From positions 76,704-140,703 of the forward strand of contig CAZOHG010000001.1 in NCBI GenBank assembly GCA_964579725.1: 64,000 nt of DNA. Reading direction: 5' to 3'. Source of the DNA: an uncultured Deferribacteres bacterium. Its GTDB lineage: Bacteria > Zhuqueibacterota > JdFR-76 > BMS3Abin05. Every line of letters starts with the position of its first letter. Positions within the stretch are counted from its first letter, which is position 1. The position numbers were made by a program, and so were the translations under genes. Positions 38,547-47,857 of the stretch are shown piece after piece. A model generated the notes under the pieces. It made no database searches. It saw nothing but the letters and a program-made list of their open reading frames with translations, and was not told where the DNA came from.

Positions 38547-39815
38547 ATGATTGAGCGTTTGATCAGTTTCAGCGGCATTTTTGTTCTTTTGGGCATTGCC
38601 TGGCTGATGTCCAACAACCGGCGGAAAATCCCGTACCGCACCGTCTGGGTCGGGATTGCCTTGCAGCTCCTGTTTGCTGTCATTATCTTGCGAACAAAAC
38701 CGGGCCTTTTGCTTTTCGACTACTCCCGATTGGTCATTAACAAGCTGTTAAGCTTCACCGACTACGGTTCGGCTTTCCTCTTCGGGAACATTTACCGTTC
38801 CACTCCGGATATTGTGAGGGAATTGGGGGGGAGCGGCCCCTTCCAACTGGTGGACGGCGCTACGGGACATTTTGTCAATATTGGAACCATTTTTGCGATT
38901 CATGTTTTACCCACAATTATCTTCTTCGCTTCTTTGATGTCCATTTTGTACCACTGGGGCGTGATGCAGCGCATTGTTGCCGCAATGGCCTGGATCATGA
39001 CCAAAGCCATGAAAGTAAGCGGGGCTGAGTCCCTTTCCGCCGCTTCCAATATTTTCGTTGGACAAACGGAAGCCCCTTTAGTCATTAAGCCTTACGTCGC
39101 CACCATGACCATGTCCGAGTTAATGGCCATTATGGTGGGGGGCTTTGCCACCGTGGCCGGCGGCATCATGGCGGCGTACGTGCGCTTTGGAATCGACCCC
39201 GGGCATCTCATGGCGGCCAGTGTGATGTCGGCTCCGGCAGCATTGGTCATGGCCAAAATTATTTACCCGGAAACGCAAAAACCCAAAACAGCCGATTCTG
39301 TTCATGTGAACATTGAAAAAACCACGGAAAATGTCATTGATGCAGCCGCTCAGGGAGCCGCCGAAGGCCTTAAATTGGCACTGAATGTGGCGGCCATGTT
39401 GCTGGCGTTTATCGCTTTGATTGCCATGCTCAACTACGGATTGGGTTTTCTGCACACCAGCCTGAAACAAATTTTCGGCTACATTTTCATGCCCATTTCT
39501 TTTTTCATGGGGGTTCCCACCAAGGATCTGGTTGAATTCGGCAACCTCCTGGGTACAAAAATCTCAATTAACGAATTTGTGGCGTACGTGGAGTTGGGTG
39601 CGGTGAAAAGTCAGCTTTCACCCCGCACGGTGATTATTGCCACTTACGCACTCTGTGGATTCGCCAATTTCAGTTCCATTGCCATTCAGATTGGCGGGAT
39701 CGGCGGCATTGCCCCAAACCGCCGGAGTGATTTGGCCAAATTGGGCCTTCGTGCCATGTTTGGAGGCGCTCTGGCTTCGTGGCTAACCGCCACCATCGCC
39801 GGCATGATTATCTAA
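38547..39815 (+). CDS. nupC: NupC/CNT concentrative nucleoside transporter
   Basis: NIFVGQTEAP, GFATVAG, NEFVAY, ALCGFANFSS. Confidence 0.94.
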   Translation: MIERLISFSGIFVLLGIAWLMSNNRRKIPYRTVWVGIALQLLFAVIILRTKPGLLLFDYSRLVINKLLSFTDYGSAFLFGNIYRSTPDIVRELGGSGPFQLVDGATGHFVNIGTIFAIHVLPTIIFFASLMSILYHWGVMQRIVAAMAWIMTKAMKVSGAESLSAASNIFVGQTEAPLVIKPYVATMTMSELMAIMVGGFATVAGGIMAAYVRFGIDPGHLMAASVMSAPAALVMAKIIYPETQKPKTADSVHVNIEKTTENVIDAAAQGAAEGLKLALNVAAMLLAFIALIAMLNYGLGFLHTSLKQIFGYIFMPISFFMGVPTKDLVEFGNLLGTKISINEFVAYVELGAVKSQLSPRTVIIATYALCGFANFSSIAIQIGGIGGIAPNRRSDLAKLGLRAMFGGALASWLTATIAGMII

Positions 39816-39928
39816 TTGCACGTCTCATGGGCTCGACCGTAAATGTGGTTCGCTACTTTTGGCGCCATCGGAAAGAAGGGATGTCCCTATTGAGGCACAA
39901 AACACGGAACAAAACAAGTGGCAAAACA

Positions 39929-40750
39929 ATGTCGATTTACCAAAAGAAATTACAGGAAGCCAGTGATTTTCTCGCGGAGCGAGTGAAGAAATTCCCCCGG
40001 ATCGCTGTCATTCTCGGCTCCGGATTGGGCAATTTTGCAGATGAATTGGACCACACCATCGAAGTTCCCACAAAGGAAATTCCCCATTATCCGATTTCAA
40101 CTGTTCCCGGTCACGCAGGGCGCTGGGTATTTGGCGAGGTCTCGGGCAAATACATCCTTGCCATGAAAGGCCGCGTCCATTTCTACGAAGGATATCCGAT
40201 GGAGCAGGTTGTTTTTCCTGCCCACCTCATGGCAACCATTGGCGTTCAAACCTTGCTCGTAACCAATGCGTCGGGGGGCGTGAACCCCCTTTTTGAGCCG
40301 GGCGACCTCATGCTAATCGAAGACCACATCAACCTTTTCTTTGCCAATCCGCTTCGGGGCAAAGAGAGCTCCACATTGGGGCCGCGTTTTCCGGACATGT
40401 CCCAACCCTACAACAAGGAACTCCAGGCGCTGGCCTTGCGGGTGGCACAAGAGGAGGGAATTTTACTGAAAAAGGGTGTGTTGGTCGGAAGTCGGGGACC
40501 CACTTACGAAACGGCGGCTGAAATTCGCATGTTTCAGCGGTTGGGGGGCGACGCGGCCACCATGTCCACCGTACCGGAAGTCATCGCTGCCAATCAGAGA
40601 GGCTTGCGGGTTTTGGGCATTTCCTGTATTACCAACATGGCCACGGGACTTTCTGCCCAACCGCTGACGCACGAAGAGGTGACACTTGTGGCGGATCAGG
40701 TTCAGCAAAAATTTCACCGGTTGGTAAAAGCCATTTTACAAGCTCTTTAG
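39929..40750 (+). CDS. punA: purine-nucleoside phosphorylase, trimeric type
   Basis: ILGSGLG, GHAG, GRVHFYEG, GPTYET, MSTVPE, ITNMA. Confidence 0.94.
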   Translation: MSIYQKKLQEASDFLAERVKKFPRIAVILGSGLGNFADELDHTIEVPTKEIPHYPISTVPGHAGRWVFGEVSGKYILAMKGRVHFYEGYPMEQVVFPAHLMATIGVQTLLVTNASGGVNPLFEPGDLMLIEDHINLFFANPLRGKESSTLGPRFPDMSQPYNKELQALALRVAQEEGILLKKGVLVGSRGPTYETAAEIRMFQRLGGDAATMSTVPEVIAANQRGLRVLGISCITNMATGLSAQPLTHEEVTLVADQVQQKFHRLVKAILQAL

Positions 40751-40806
40751 CAATCGGCATGTAACGGTTTTCCGGAATTTTCAAAAGCAATCTTCGGGAG
40801 AATTTT

Positions 40807-42480
40807 ATGCAGAAGATCGTAGAATGTGTCCCCAATTTTAGCGAAGGAAATGACCAGGGAATTATTGACGCCATTGCCCGGGCTATTTCCTCCACGGAGG
40901 GTGTACTTTTATTGGACGTTGACCCGGGAAAGGCAACCAATCGCACGGTGTACACGTTCATCGGACCGCCGGAGAGCGTAAAGGAGGCAGCTTTCAAAGC
41001 CATTCAAACAGCTGCCGATTTGATTGACATGCGCAAACACTCGGGAGAGCACCCCCGTCTGGGGGCGGCCGACGTCGTGCCTTTTGTGCCTGTTTCGGGG
41101 GTCACCATGGCCGAGTGTGTACAGCTGGCGCGCGAACTGGGTCGGCGCGTGGGTGAAGAGTTGGGCATTCCGGTGTTCCTGTACGAGGAGGCCGCCAGTC
41201 GTCCCGAACGACGCAATCTGGCTGATATTCGCAAGGGTGAGTACGAAAGCTTACCGGAGAAATTTCGGGATCCCAATTGGCAACCGGACTTCGGACCGGC
41301 GAAATTTAACCCCAAAACAGGCGCAACGGTCATTGGCGCCCGAGAATTCCTAATTGCTTACAACGTCAATTTGAACACGCGCGACCGAAAACTTGCCCAG
41401 GAAATCGCCCTGAATTTGCGCGAATCCGGACGAGCCAAACGGGACGCCAACGGGACTATTATTCGAAATCCTGACGGTACGGCCGTAAAAATCCCCGGCA
41501 AACTAAAGGCGGTCAAGGGGGTTGGGTGGTACATTGACGAATACGGCATTGCTCAGGTATCCTACAACCTAACCAATTACAAAATAACCCCGGTACACAT
41601 TGTTTTTGAAGAAACCTGCCGGGAAGCTGAAAAATTGGGCCTACGTGTCACGGGTAGTGAATTGGTGGGACTCATTCCCCTGGAGGCCATGAAACAGGCG
41701 GGACGTTATTTTCTCGAGAAACAGGGAAAAACAGCGGGCGTGCCGGAAGAGGAAATTCTTCACATCGCCGTGAAATCTCTGGGCCTTGACGAATTGGGGC
41801 CCTTTGACCCGAACCAAAAAATCATTGAATATCGATTCCAAAAGCGCTTTGGTTCCCTCGCTCAGATGAAACTGTGGGAATTTACCAACGAGCTTTCCAT
41901 GGAATCTCCCGCGCCGGGCGGCGGGAGTGTGGCGGCACTGGCCGGGGCCCTGGCCGCTGCTCTGGTGTCCATGGTCGCCAATCTGACCCACGGAAATCCA
42001 AAATACAAAGCCCACTGGGGGAGTTTGAAAGACCTGGCCGAAAAGGCACAAAATTTAAAAGACCGCTTGTTGCAGGCCGTTGACCGTGACACGGAAGCCT
42101 TTAACGCCGTCATGGCTGCTTTTCGCCTTCCCCGAAAAACCGAAGAAGACAAAGCCGCTCGGGCAAAAGCCATTGAAGAAGCCACCAAAGGCGCCACACA
42201 GGTCCCGCTTGAGGTTATGGCTCTGGCACTGGACGCCTTGAACCTGGCGCTGGAAGCGGTAGAAAAAGGCAATGTGAATTCCGTTAGTGACGCCGGCGTA
42301 GGCGGCATTTTGGCTCTAAGCGCGGTGGAGGGAGCCTATTTAAATGTCAAAATTAATTTAGGGGGACTTGAAGACGAGGCCTTCAAAACTTCGGTCGACC
42401 AGCGTGCCCAGGCCCTTTTGACGGAAGCCCGGCATCTGAAAAAACAAATCTGGGAGAAAACGCGTGAAAAGATGGGCTAA
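40807..42480 (+). CDS. ftcD: bifunctional glutamate formimidoyltransferase / formimino-THF cyclodeaminase
   Basis: VECVPNFSEG, HPRLGAADVVPF, GSELVG and C-terminal SPAPGGGSVAA domain. Confidence 0.94.
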   Translation: MQKIVECVPNFSEGNDQGIIDAIARAISSTEGVLLLDVDPGKATNRTVYTFIGPPESVKEAAFKAIQTAADLIDMRKHSGEHPRLGAADVVPFVPVSGVTMAECVQLARELGRRVGEELGIPVFLYEEAASRPERRNLADIRKGEYESLPEKFRDPNWQPDFGPAKFNPKTGATVIGAREFLIAYNVNLNTRDRKLAQEIALNLRESGRAKRDANGTIIRNPDGTAVKIPGKLKAVKGVGWYIDEYGIAQVSYNLTNYKITPVHIVFEETCREAEKLGLRVTGSELVGLIPLEAMKQAGRYFLEKQGKTAGVPEEEILHIAVKSLGLDELGPFDPNQKIIEYRFQKRFGSLAQMKLWEFTNELSMESPAPGGGSVAALAGALAAALVSMVANLTHGNPKYKAHWGSLKDLAEKAQNLKDRLLQAVDRDTEAFNAVMAAFRLPRKTEEDKAARAKAIEEATKGATQVPLEVMALALDALNLALEAVEKGNVNSVSDAGVGGILALSAVEGAYLNVKINLGGLEDEAFKTSVDQRAQALLTEARHLKKQIWEKTREKMG

Positions 42481-42524
42481 GCAGAATGCGAGGGGCAAAC
42501 GGGAGCAAAAACGGACGGGTTTCA

Positions 42525-43850
42525 ATGTCTGAGCTGACCATTAAAAATGCCCGTATTCTCACCCTGACCGATTCTCAGCCGGAGCCTTTTGACGGGGACG
42601 TTTTTGTTCAAGGCAATCGCATTGCTGAAATCGGGCAAGCCCTCCCGAAACGCGGACGGGTGTTAGACGCAAAGGGGCTGTTGCTCATGCCGGGGTTCGT
42701 TCAAAGCCATATCCATCTTTGCCAGACCCTCTTTCGAAACACGGCAGAAGACCTGGAGCTTTTGGACTGGCTACACCAAAAGATCTGGCCTCTCGAAGCG
42801 GCTCACAACGAGCGCTCCCTCCGAGCTTCCGTTCAATTGGGGTTAGCGGAACTCATTTCCGGCGGAACCACGGCCATTTTGGACATGGGGAGCGTCCGCC
42901 TGACAGACGTCATTTTTGAAGAAGTGGCTCGGGCCGGTTTCCGCGCCAACGTCGGAAAAACGTTCATGGATTTCGGCGAGGGAATCCCGGACAGCTTGTG
43001 GGAAAACGGGCGCGACAGTTTGGAAGATGCCGTACGCCTTCACAAAAAATGGGACGGTCAGGCCAACGGTCGACTCAAAGTAAATTTAGCACCGCGATTC
43101 GCCCTGTCTTGCTCCGAAAACATCCTTCGAGACGTCGCCGCCCTCTCCGAAGAACGTCGAATGATTGTGCACACCCACTCTTCCGAAAATCGGAAGGAGT
43201 TGGAAACCGTGCAACGGCAGACGGGAATGCGCAATCTTCTGTACTACCACCACCTCGGTCTGGACCGATTCCACCTGTCGGCTGCCCACTGCATTTGGCT
43301 GGACGAGGAGGAAATGGAACTTTTAGCCTCAACCAACACCCACGTGCTGCACTGTCCGTCTTCCAATTTGAAATTGGGTTCCGGAATTGCCAAAATTCCG
43401 GAAATGCTCTCCCGCGGAGTCCGTGTTTCCGTCGGTGCCGACGGAGCACCGTGCAATAACAACTTAGACGTCTTTCAAGAAATGCGTCTTGCCGGACTCA
43501 TTCAAAAACCGCGAGTTGGGGTGAACCATTTGTCCGCGCGCCAAATCGTTCGAGCGGCGACAATAGGAGGCGCTCAGGCCGCCGGTTGGCACCAGGATTT
43601 AGGGTCTGTTGAGGTGGGAAAATTGGCGGATCTAATTCTTTTAGACCTCCGTCAGCCCCACGCCGTTCCTTCGGCCGACGTGTACACACAGCTTGTTTAC
43701 GCAGCCCGTGCAACGGATGTGAAAACGGTGATCGTTGACGGTCAAATTCTCATGGAAAATCGCATCCTGACAACGCTGGACGCCAAAGCTGTTATCCGCC
43801 GCGCCGAAGAGGAATTTTCCGCCCTTCTAAAACGCACCCGCTGGCCTTAA
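42525..43850 (+). CDS. amidohydrolase, MTA/SAH/5'-deoxyadenosine deaminase-like
   Basis: HIHLCQTLFR, HTHSSE, AHC, HCPSSNLKL, GADGAPCNN. Confidence 0.88.
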   Translation: MSELTIKNARILTLTDSQPEPFDGDVFVQGNRIAEIGQALPKRGRVLDAKGLLLMPGFVQSHIHLCQTLFRNTAEDLELLDWLHQKIWPLEAAHNERSLRASVQLGLAELISGGTTAILDMGSVRLTDVIFEEVARAGFRANVGKTFMDFGEGIPDSLWENGRDSLEDAVRLHKKWDGQANGRLKVNLAPRFALSCSENILRDVAALSEERRMIVHTHSSENRKELETVQRQTGMRNLLYYHHLGLDRFHLSAAHCIWLDEEEMELLASTNTHVLHCPSSNLKLGSGIAKIPEMLSRGVRVSVGADGAPCNNNLDVFQEMRLAGLIQKPRVGVNHLSARQIVRAATIGGAQAAGWHQDLGSVEVGKLADLILLDLRQPHAVPSADVYTQLVYAARATDVKTVIVDGQILMENRILTTLDAKAVIRRAEEEFSALLKRTRWP

Positions 43851-43903
43851 TTTTTCCTACCACACGGAAAACCCGAGGTCATTCTTTTTTCCTGAGTTTT
43901 TGC

Positions 43904-43932
43904 TTGATTTGCTTCGCCCTGAGAATTAAATT
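43904..43932 (+). promoter_or_regulatory. possible sigma70 promoter
   Basis: TTGATT-17-TAAATT. Confidence 0.35.
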
Positions 43933-43979
43933 AAAAAAAGAGGGCTCACTCGTATTCACCCTAAAAAATGAGGCTTTAC

Positions 43980-44510
43980 ATGAAAAAAAGAGCCATTTTG
44001 ACCATTTTGTCCGTTCTCGTAATTTTTCCTTTTTATTTTTTCGTCCCTTCTCTTAAGCGCGATCGAAACCGTTACCACGGAGACGAGAAATTTAAGGCGC
44101 AGCAATGGGAAAAGGCCGCTCATTATTACGAAAAAGTGCTTCGGTTCAAGGGTACTTTTCCCAAACTCACTTCCCGCCTGGGCTATTGCTACCTCCAATT
44201 GGGCGACACCACGAAGGCCCAGCGATTTTTGAAAGCCTCTTTACAAGAGGATTCCACTCTCCTAAAATCTTACCGTTGGTTGGGGGATTTGCACACGGCA
44301 CAAAAAAACTGGCCGAATGCTGCCAGGGACTTTTCCCGCCTTATTCACCTGTACCGAGCTCACCACACATTGAGCAGTGAAGAAGCCGCCGACTATTTGT
44401 ACGCCCTGGATCGTCTGGTCTTCTGCCAACTTCAACTCAAACAGGATTCCACCGCGCTGCGGCAGCTTCACGATTTTGCCAGCGTTTTGCGAACCAGGGT
44501 AACCCCCTAA
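43980..44510 (+). CDS. membrane-anchored TPR protein
   Basis: N-terminal TM segment followed by TPR-like helices (LGYCYLQLG, LGDLH). Confidence 0.75.
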   Translation: MKKRAILTILSVLVIFPFYFFVPSLKRDRNRYHGDEKFKAQQWEKAAHYYEKVLRFKGTFPKLTSRLGYCYLQLGDTTKAQRFLKASLQEDSTLLKSYRWLGDLHTAQKNWPNAARDFSRLIHLYRAHHTLSSEEAADYLYALDRLVFCQLQLKQDSTALRQLHDFASVLRTRVTP

Positions 44511-45076
44511 TGCTTGTAGCCGTGGCTTCTACCCGGCCGGCCAAAGTTGAGGCCTGTCGGCGCGCTTTTACCCGGATTCAGCAAAAATTTTGGCCGGAAC
44601 GGGCGCTTTCGTTCCAAACTTTTTCCGTTCCCAGCGGCGTTCCCAACATGCCCAAAAGTTTGGAAGAATTGGCTCTTGGCGCGAAAAATCGCGCCCTGAA
44701 TTTAGTGTCCCTTGCCCCCCAGGCCGATTTTTTCGTCGGACTTGAGGGGGGCTTTTTTCGACCGTCTTTCGCACAAGAGGAAGCGGGGACCTTTTTGCAA
44801 GGTTGGGCTTTCGTTTACAACGGAAAAATTGGATTTTGGGGAGCAAGCTACGCCGCTCCGGTACCGGCCGCTCTTTCCAAAGCCGTCTACGAAAAGGGAT
44901 TGGAGTTAGGAGATATCATAGACGCTTTTTCCGGCAGACAAAACGTACGGGACAACGAAGGCGCTTTTGGCGTGTTTACCGAGGACATTCTGACGCGCGC
45001 CGACTCTTTTGAAAAGGCCCTGTTGGCTGCATTGGCGCCCTTTTACAATCCCTTCACCTACCAAAAAAACGTGTAG
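44510..45076 (+). CDS. yjjX: inosine/xanthosine triphosphatase (YjjX/DUF84)
   Basis: VASTRPAK, VPSGV, GAKNRA, GLEGG, GAFGVFT..TR. Confidence 0.88.
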   Translation: MLVAVASTRPAKVEACRRAFTRIQQKFWPERALSFQTFSVPSGVPNMPKSLEELALGAKNRALNLVSLAPQADFFVGLEGGFFRPSFAQEEAGTFLQGWAFVYNGKIGFWGASYAAPVPAALSKAVYEKGLELGDIIDAFSGRQNVRDNEGAFGVFTEDILTRADSFEKALLAALAPFYNPFTYQKNV

Positions 45077-45082
45077 CAAGCG

Positions 45083-45712
45083 ATGGCTTTTTCCGTGTCC
45101 ACCATCATTTGGAATTTGAAATCCCGGTACTACCGCTGGCTTCGGCGCTTTTTTGTGACCAAACGGATTTACCAAGCCGAAATTCGCCCCTTTCGCCGCT
45201 GGCTGGAAAACCAATTTTCACCCAATGGCCGCTACCTGGATTTAGCGGCCGGCAGCGGGGATTCGCTTTCGCTTTACCCACCCCACGCCCAAGTTGTTGC
45301 GCTGGACCTTTCACTGGCCATGCTGCATCTTCTCAAGAGCAAATTTTCGGTGCCCGTTTTACAGGCCCGTGGCGAACGACTTCCATTTCAACCGGCTGTT
45401 TTTTCAGGGATTACGGCAATTGGGTTGATTGAATACGTCCCCCTTCTCGAAATGCTCTTCGCCGAGCTTCACAGAATTCTCCTGCCGCACGGTTGGCTGG
45501 CGGTGACCTTTTCTCAGCCCAACGTTCTTAATATTCTGCGGAATTTTACAGGCAATCGTGTCCGCTTTTACACCCACCGCCGTTTGGCGCAAGTGGCGAA
45601 TCACCAGGGATTCGAAATTGTGGGCTGGAACAAAACCCTTTTTCAAACGCAGGTTTTCTTGCGGAAGCTTCCGAAAAAAGACCAAACCTCTGCGAATCAT
45701 GAAACATTTTAG
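45083..45712 (+). CDS. class I SAM-dependent methyltransferase
   Basis: YLDLAAGSG, LDLS, LPF, RILLPHG. Confidence 0.85.
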   Translation: MAFSVSTIIWNLKSRYYRWLRRFFVTKRIYQAEIRPFRRWLENQFSPNGRYLDLAAGSGDSLSLYPPHAQVVALDLSLAMLHLLKSKFSVPVLQARGERLPFQPAVFSGITAIGLIEYVPLLEMLFAELHRILLPHGWLAVTFSQPNVLNILRNFTGNRVRFYTHRRLAQVANHQGFEIVGWNKTLFQTQVFLRKLPKKDQTSANHETF

Positions 45713-45851
45713 TTGCGAGAACTAAACCGAAATTAACAGGGAACTAAGGTCATTCTGTACCGGACGGGCTTTTTAAAAAAAGGGGGTTCTGGGAGAGCCA
45801 AACTGGAAACTCAGCGTAAAGTCGTTTCCGGCGCGGTTCGGGCAAAAGGTT

Positions 45852-46481
45852 TCACGGTTTTTTCTTCCGAAAGGCGTACCCGGCGGAAAGAGACGGCAAA
45901 AGACCACACCCTGTTTTCGAACACAAAAGCGCAATATTTACCCCCCAGGAAAAGGAATGTCCGTTTTTTAAAAGGTAGTCGGCCCCTACTGCCAGCCCAG
46001 CTCCGGCTAACCAAACCCGTTCCCCCTTCCAGTTGGCGTCCATTGCGGACAGCAGCACGCCGTACGCCTTGGTGAAAACTTTCTTGTTTTCCGGAGGTGA
46101 AATGTCGAGGCTTGGCGTAATGGTCAAAAAATTAGCCGAGAGGCTTTGGCCCCACAAATCTTCTTTAAAAAAAGAGTGGTCCGCGCTCATTTGAATGCCC
46201 ACATTTTTCCTGCCGCCAACTAAATAGTGCCGACGAGCGATGCCCGCACCCACAATGCCAACGGTACCGTTCAGGAAGACACTCCAGTCCCCCGTGCTGG
46301 TGCCGCGGGTTTCACTGTAATTCAGGCGAGGCAGGTAAAGGAAACCGGGCTCGGTAATGGAAACCGTTCGCACCACCTCTCCCTTTTGCAAACGTCGGGA
46401 AGAAAGCATCTGGTTAAAGGAACAATTCAAAAAAAGCGCCGAAAAAAGGACACCGAACAACAGCCGAAAGACCCTGGTCAT
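45852..46481 (-). CDS. hypothetical protein, probable lipoprotein with beta-rich domain
   Basis: Signal peptide ending LFLN-C; amphipathic strands ending SAGYAF. Confidence 0.6.
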   Translation of the reverse strand: MTRVFRLLFGVLFSALFLNCSFNQMLSSRRLQKGEVVRTVSITEPGFLYLPRLNYSETRGTSTGDWSVFLNGTVGIVGAGIARRHYLVGGRKNVGIQMSADHSFFKEDLWGQSLSANFLTITPSLDISPPENKKVFTKAYGVLLSAMDANWKGERVWLAGAGLAVGADYLLKNGHSFSWGVNIALLCSKTGCGLLPSLSAGYAFRKKKP

Positions 46482-46585
46482 TTCGCTCCCATTTTGGTTC
46501 GATTTAAGACCTCGCCATTGCTTCACCCTCAAACGGCGACAGCATTCCCGATTCTTCAACGTTCAACCGATTGTTTGAACATGAG

Positions 46586-47857
46586 TTAGGTCTTTTGTTT
46601 CTTTTTCTTCGCCGCCGGAAACAGCACATTATTGAGAATTAATCGGTAGCCCGGAGAATTGCGGTGAAGTGAAAGTTGTGTGGGCGGATCGCCTACGGCG
46701 TGCTGGTAATCCTCGGGATCGTGGCCGCCTAAAAAAGTGAATGTCCCCTTCCCGAAATTTCCGTGGATGTACTTCACCATGTCCGTTCCGGGAACTTCGC
46801 CCAAAATGACCACGTAGGGCTTGATCCGTTTCCGATTGAAAGCCGTGGTCTGTCCCATGAATCCCTTTACCACATTCACGTGATCTTGCGTCAGCATGGT
46901 GGGCACCGGATCGTACTTGGCCGAAAAATCAAAGAGTGTAAAGGCTTCCGCTTCGGGCCCGCGCAACGGGGCAGCGTTGCTGGGCGGAATGTCAATATCC
47001 GAGTACTCGTAGATGTAAGGATTTAAAATGAGGTGGAAATTTGTAAAGGCAAACGTATTGTTAAAATTCAGTTTTGCCTGACAATTCGGGTCGGGCGGGT
47101 CCCCGTCAAACACCGCCGGGACAATGTCTACATGCTGAGCGGCCAGCGCAATGTCAATGGTGTCCGTCGCGGAACACATGGCAAAAAGAAAACCGCCGCG
47201 CCGAACGTAATCCTGAATCATTCGAGCAATAAATTTCTTTTCCTCTGAAACCTTTTTAAACCCCAATTTGTGTGCCATGGCTTCGTTTCGTTTCACATCC
47301 TCAATGTACCACGGGGCGTTTCGAAAACTGGCGTAAAATTTACCGAATTGGCCGGTGAAATCCTCGTGGTGCAGGTGCAACCAGTCGTATTTCACCAGAT
47401 CACCGCGAGCTACTTCTTCGTCCCAAATTTTGGTGTACGGAATTTCCGCGTACGTCAACGCCAATGTCACAGCGTCGTCCCAGGGGCGTTTATTGGGGGG
47501 CGTGTACACGGCGATTCGCGGGGCTTTTTCCAGCAGCACAACATCCATGTTATTATTTTGAATGACGTTGTAAATCTTGGCAACGGTCGATCCGTCCACG
47601 CGCTCAAAGGACACCCCGCGCAGTCTCAACACGCGTTCAATTTCGGGGTAGTCGTCCATGAGAAAGGACCCGCCGCGGTAGTTCAAAAGCCACTCCACGT
47701 TGATTCCACGTTCCAGCGTCCAATACGCCACTCCGTAAGCTTTCAGATGGTCGGTCTGGTGCAAATCCATGGGCACCAGAATTTTTTGCGCAAATGCTGA
47801 GCTAACGGCAAATCCAACAAAAACAAGGGCAATGAGCCCGGTTTTCACCCATTTCAT
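46586..47857 (-). CDS. secreted class I glutamine amidotransferase-like protein of unknown function
   Basis: Signal peptide, GGFLFAMCSA nucleophile elbow, GGHDPED. Confidence 0.8.
   Translation of the reverse strand: MKWVKTGLIALVFVGFAVSSAFAQKILVPMDLHQTDHLKAYGVAYWTLERGINVEWLLNYRGGSFLMDDYPEIERVLRLRGVSFERVDGSTVAKIYNVIQNNNMDVVLLEKAPRIAVYTPPNKRPWDDAVTLALTYAEIPYTKIWDEEVARGDLVKYDWLHLHHEDFTGQFGKFYASFRNAPWYIEDVKRNEAMAHKLGFKKVSEEKKFIARMIQDYVRRGGFLFAMCSATDTIDIALAAQHVDIVPAVFDGDPPDPNCQAKLNFNNTFAFTNFHLILNPYIYEYSDIDIPPSNAAPLRGPEAEAFTLFDFSAKYDPVPTMLTQDHVNVVKGFMGQTTAFNRKRIKPYVVILGEVPGTDMVKYIHGNFGKGTFTFLGGHDPEDYQHAVGDPPTQLSLHRNSPGYRLILNNVLFPAAKKKKQKT

Noticed and set aside
46586-47857. 'Asparagine synthetase B' label often attached to this family
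   Set aside because: It has no N-terminal Ntn Cys and no SGGLDS synthetase motif, and it carries a signal peptide.
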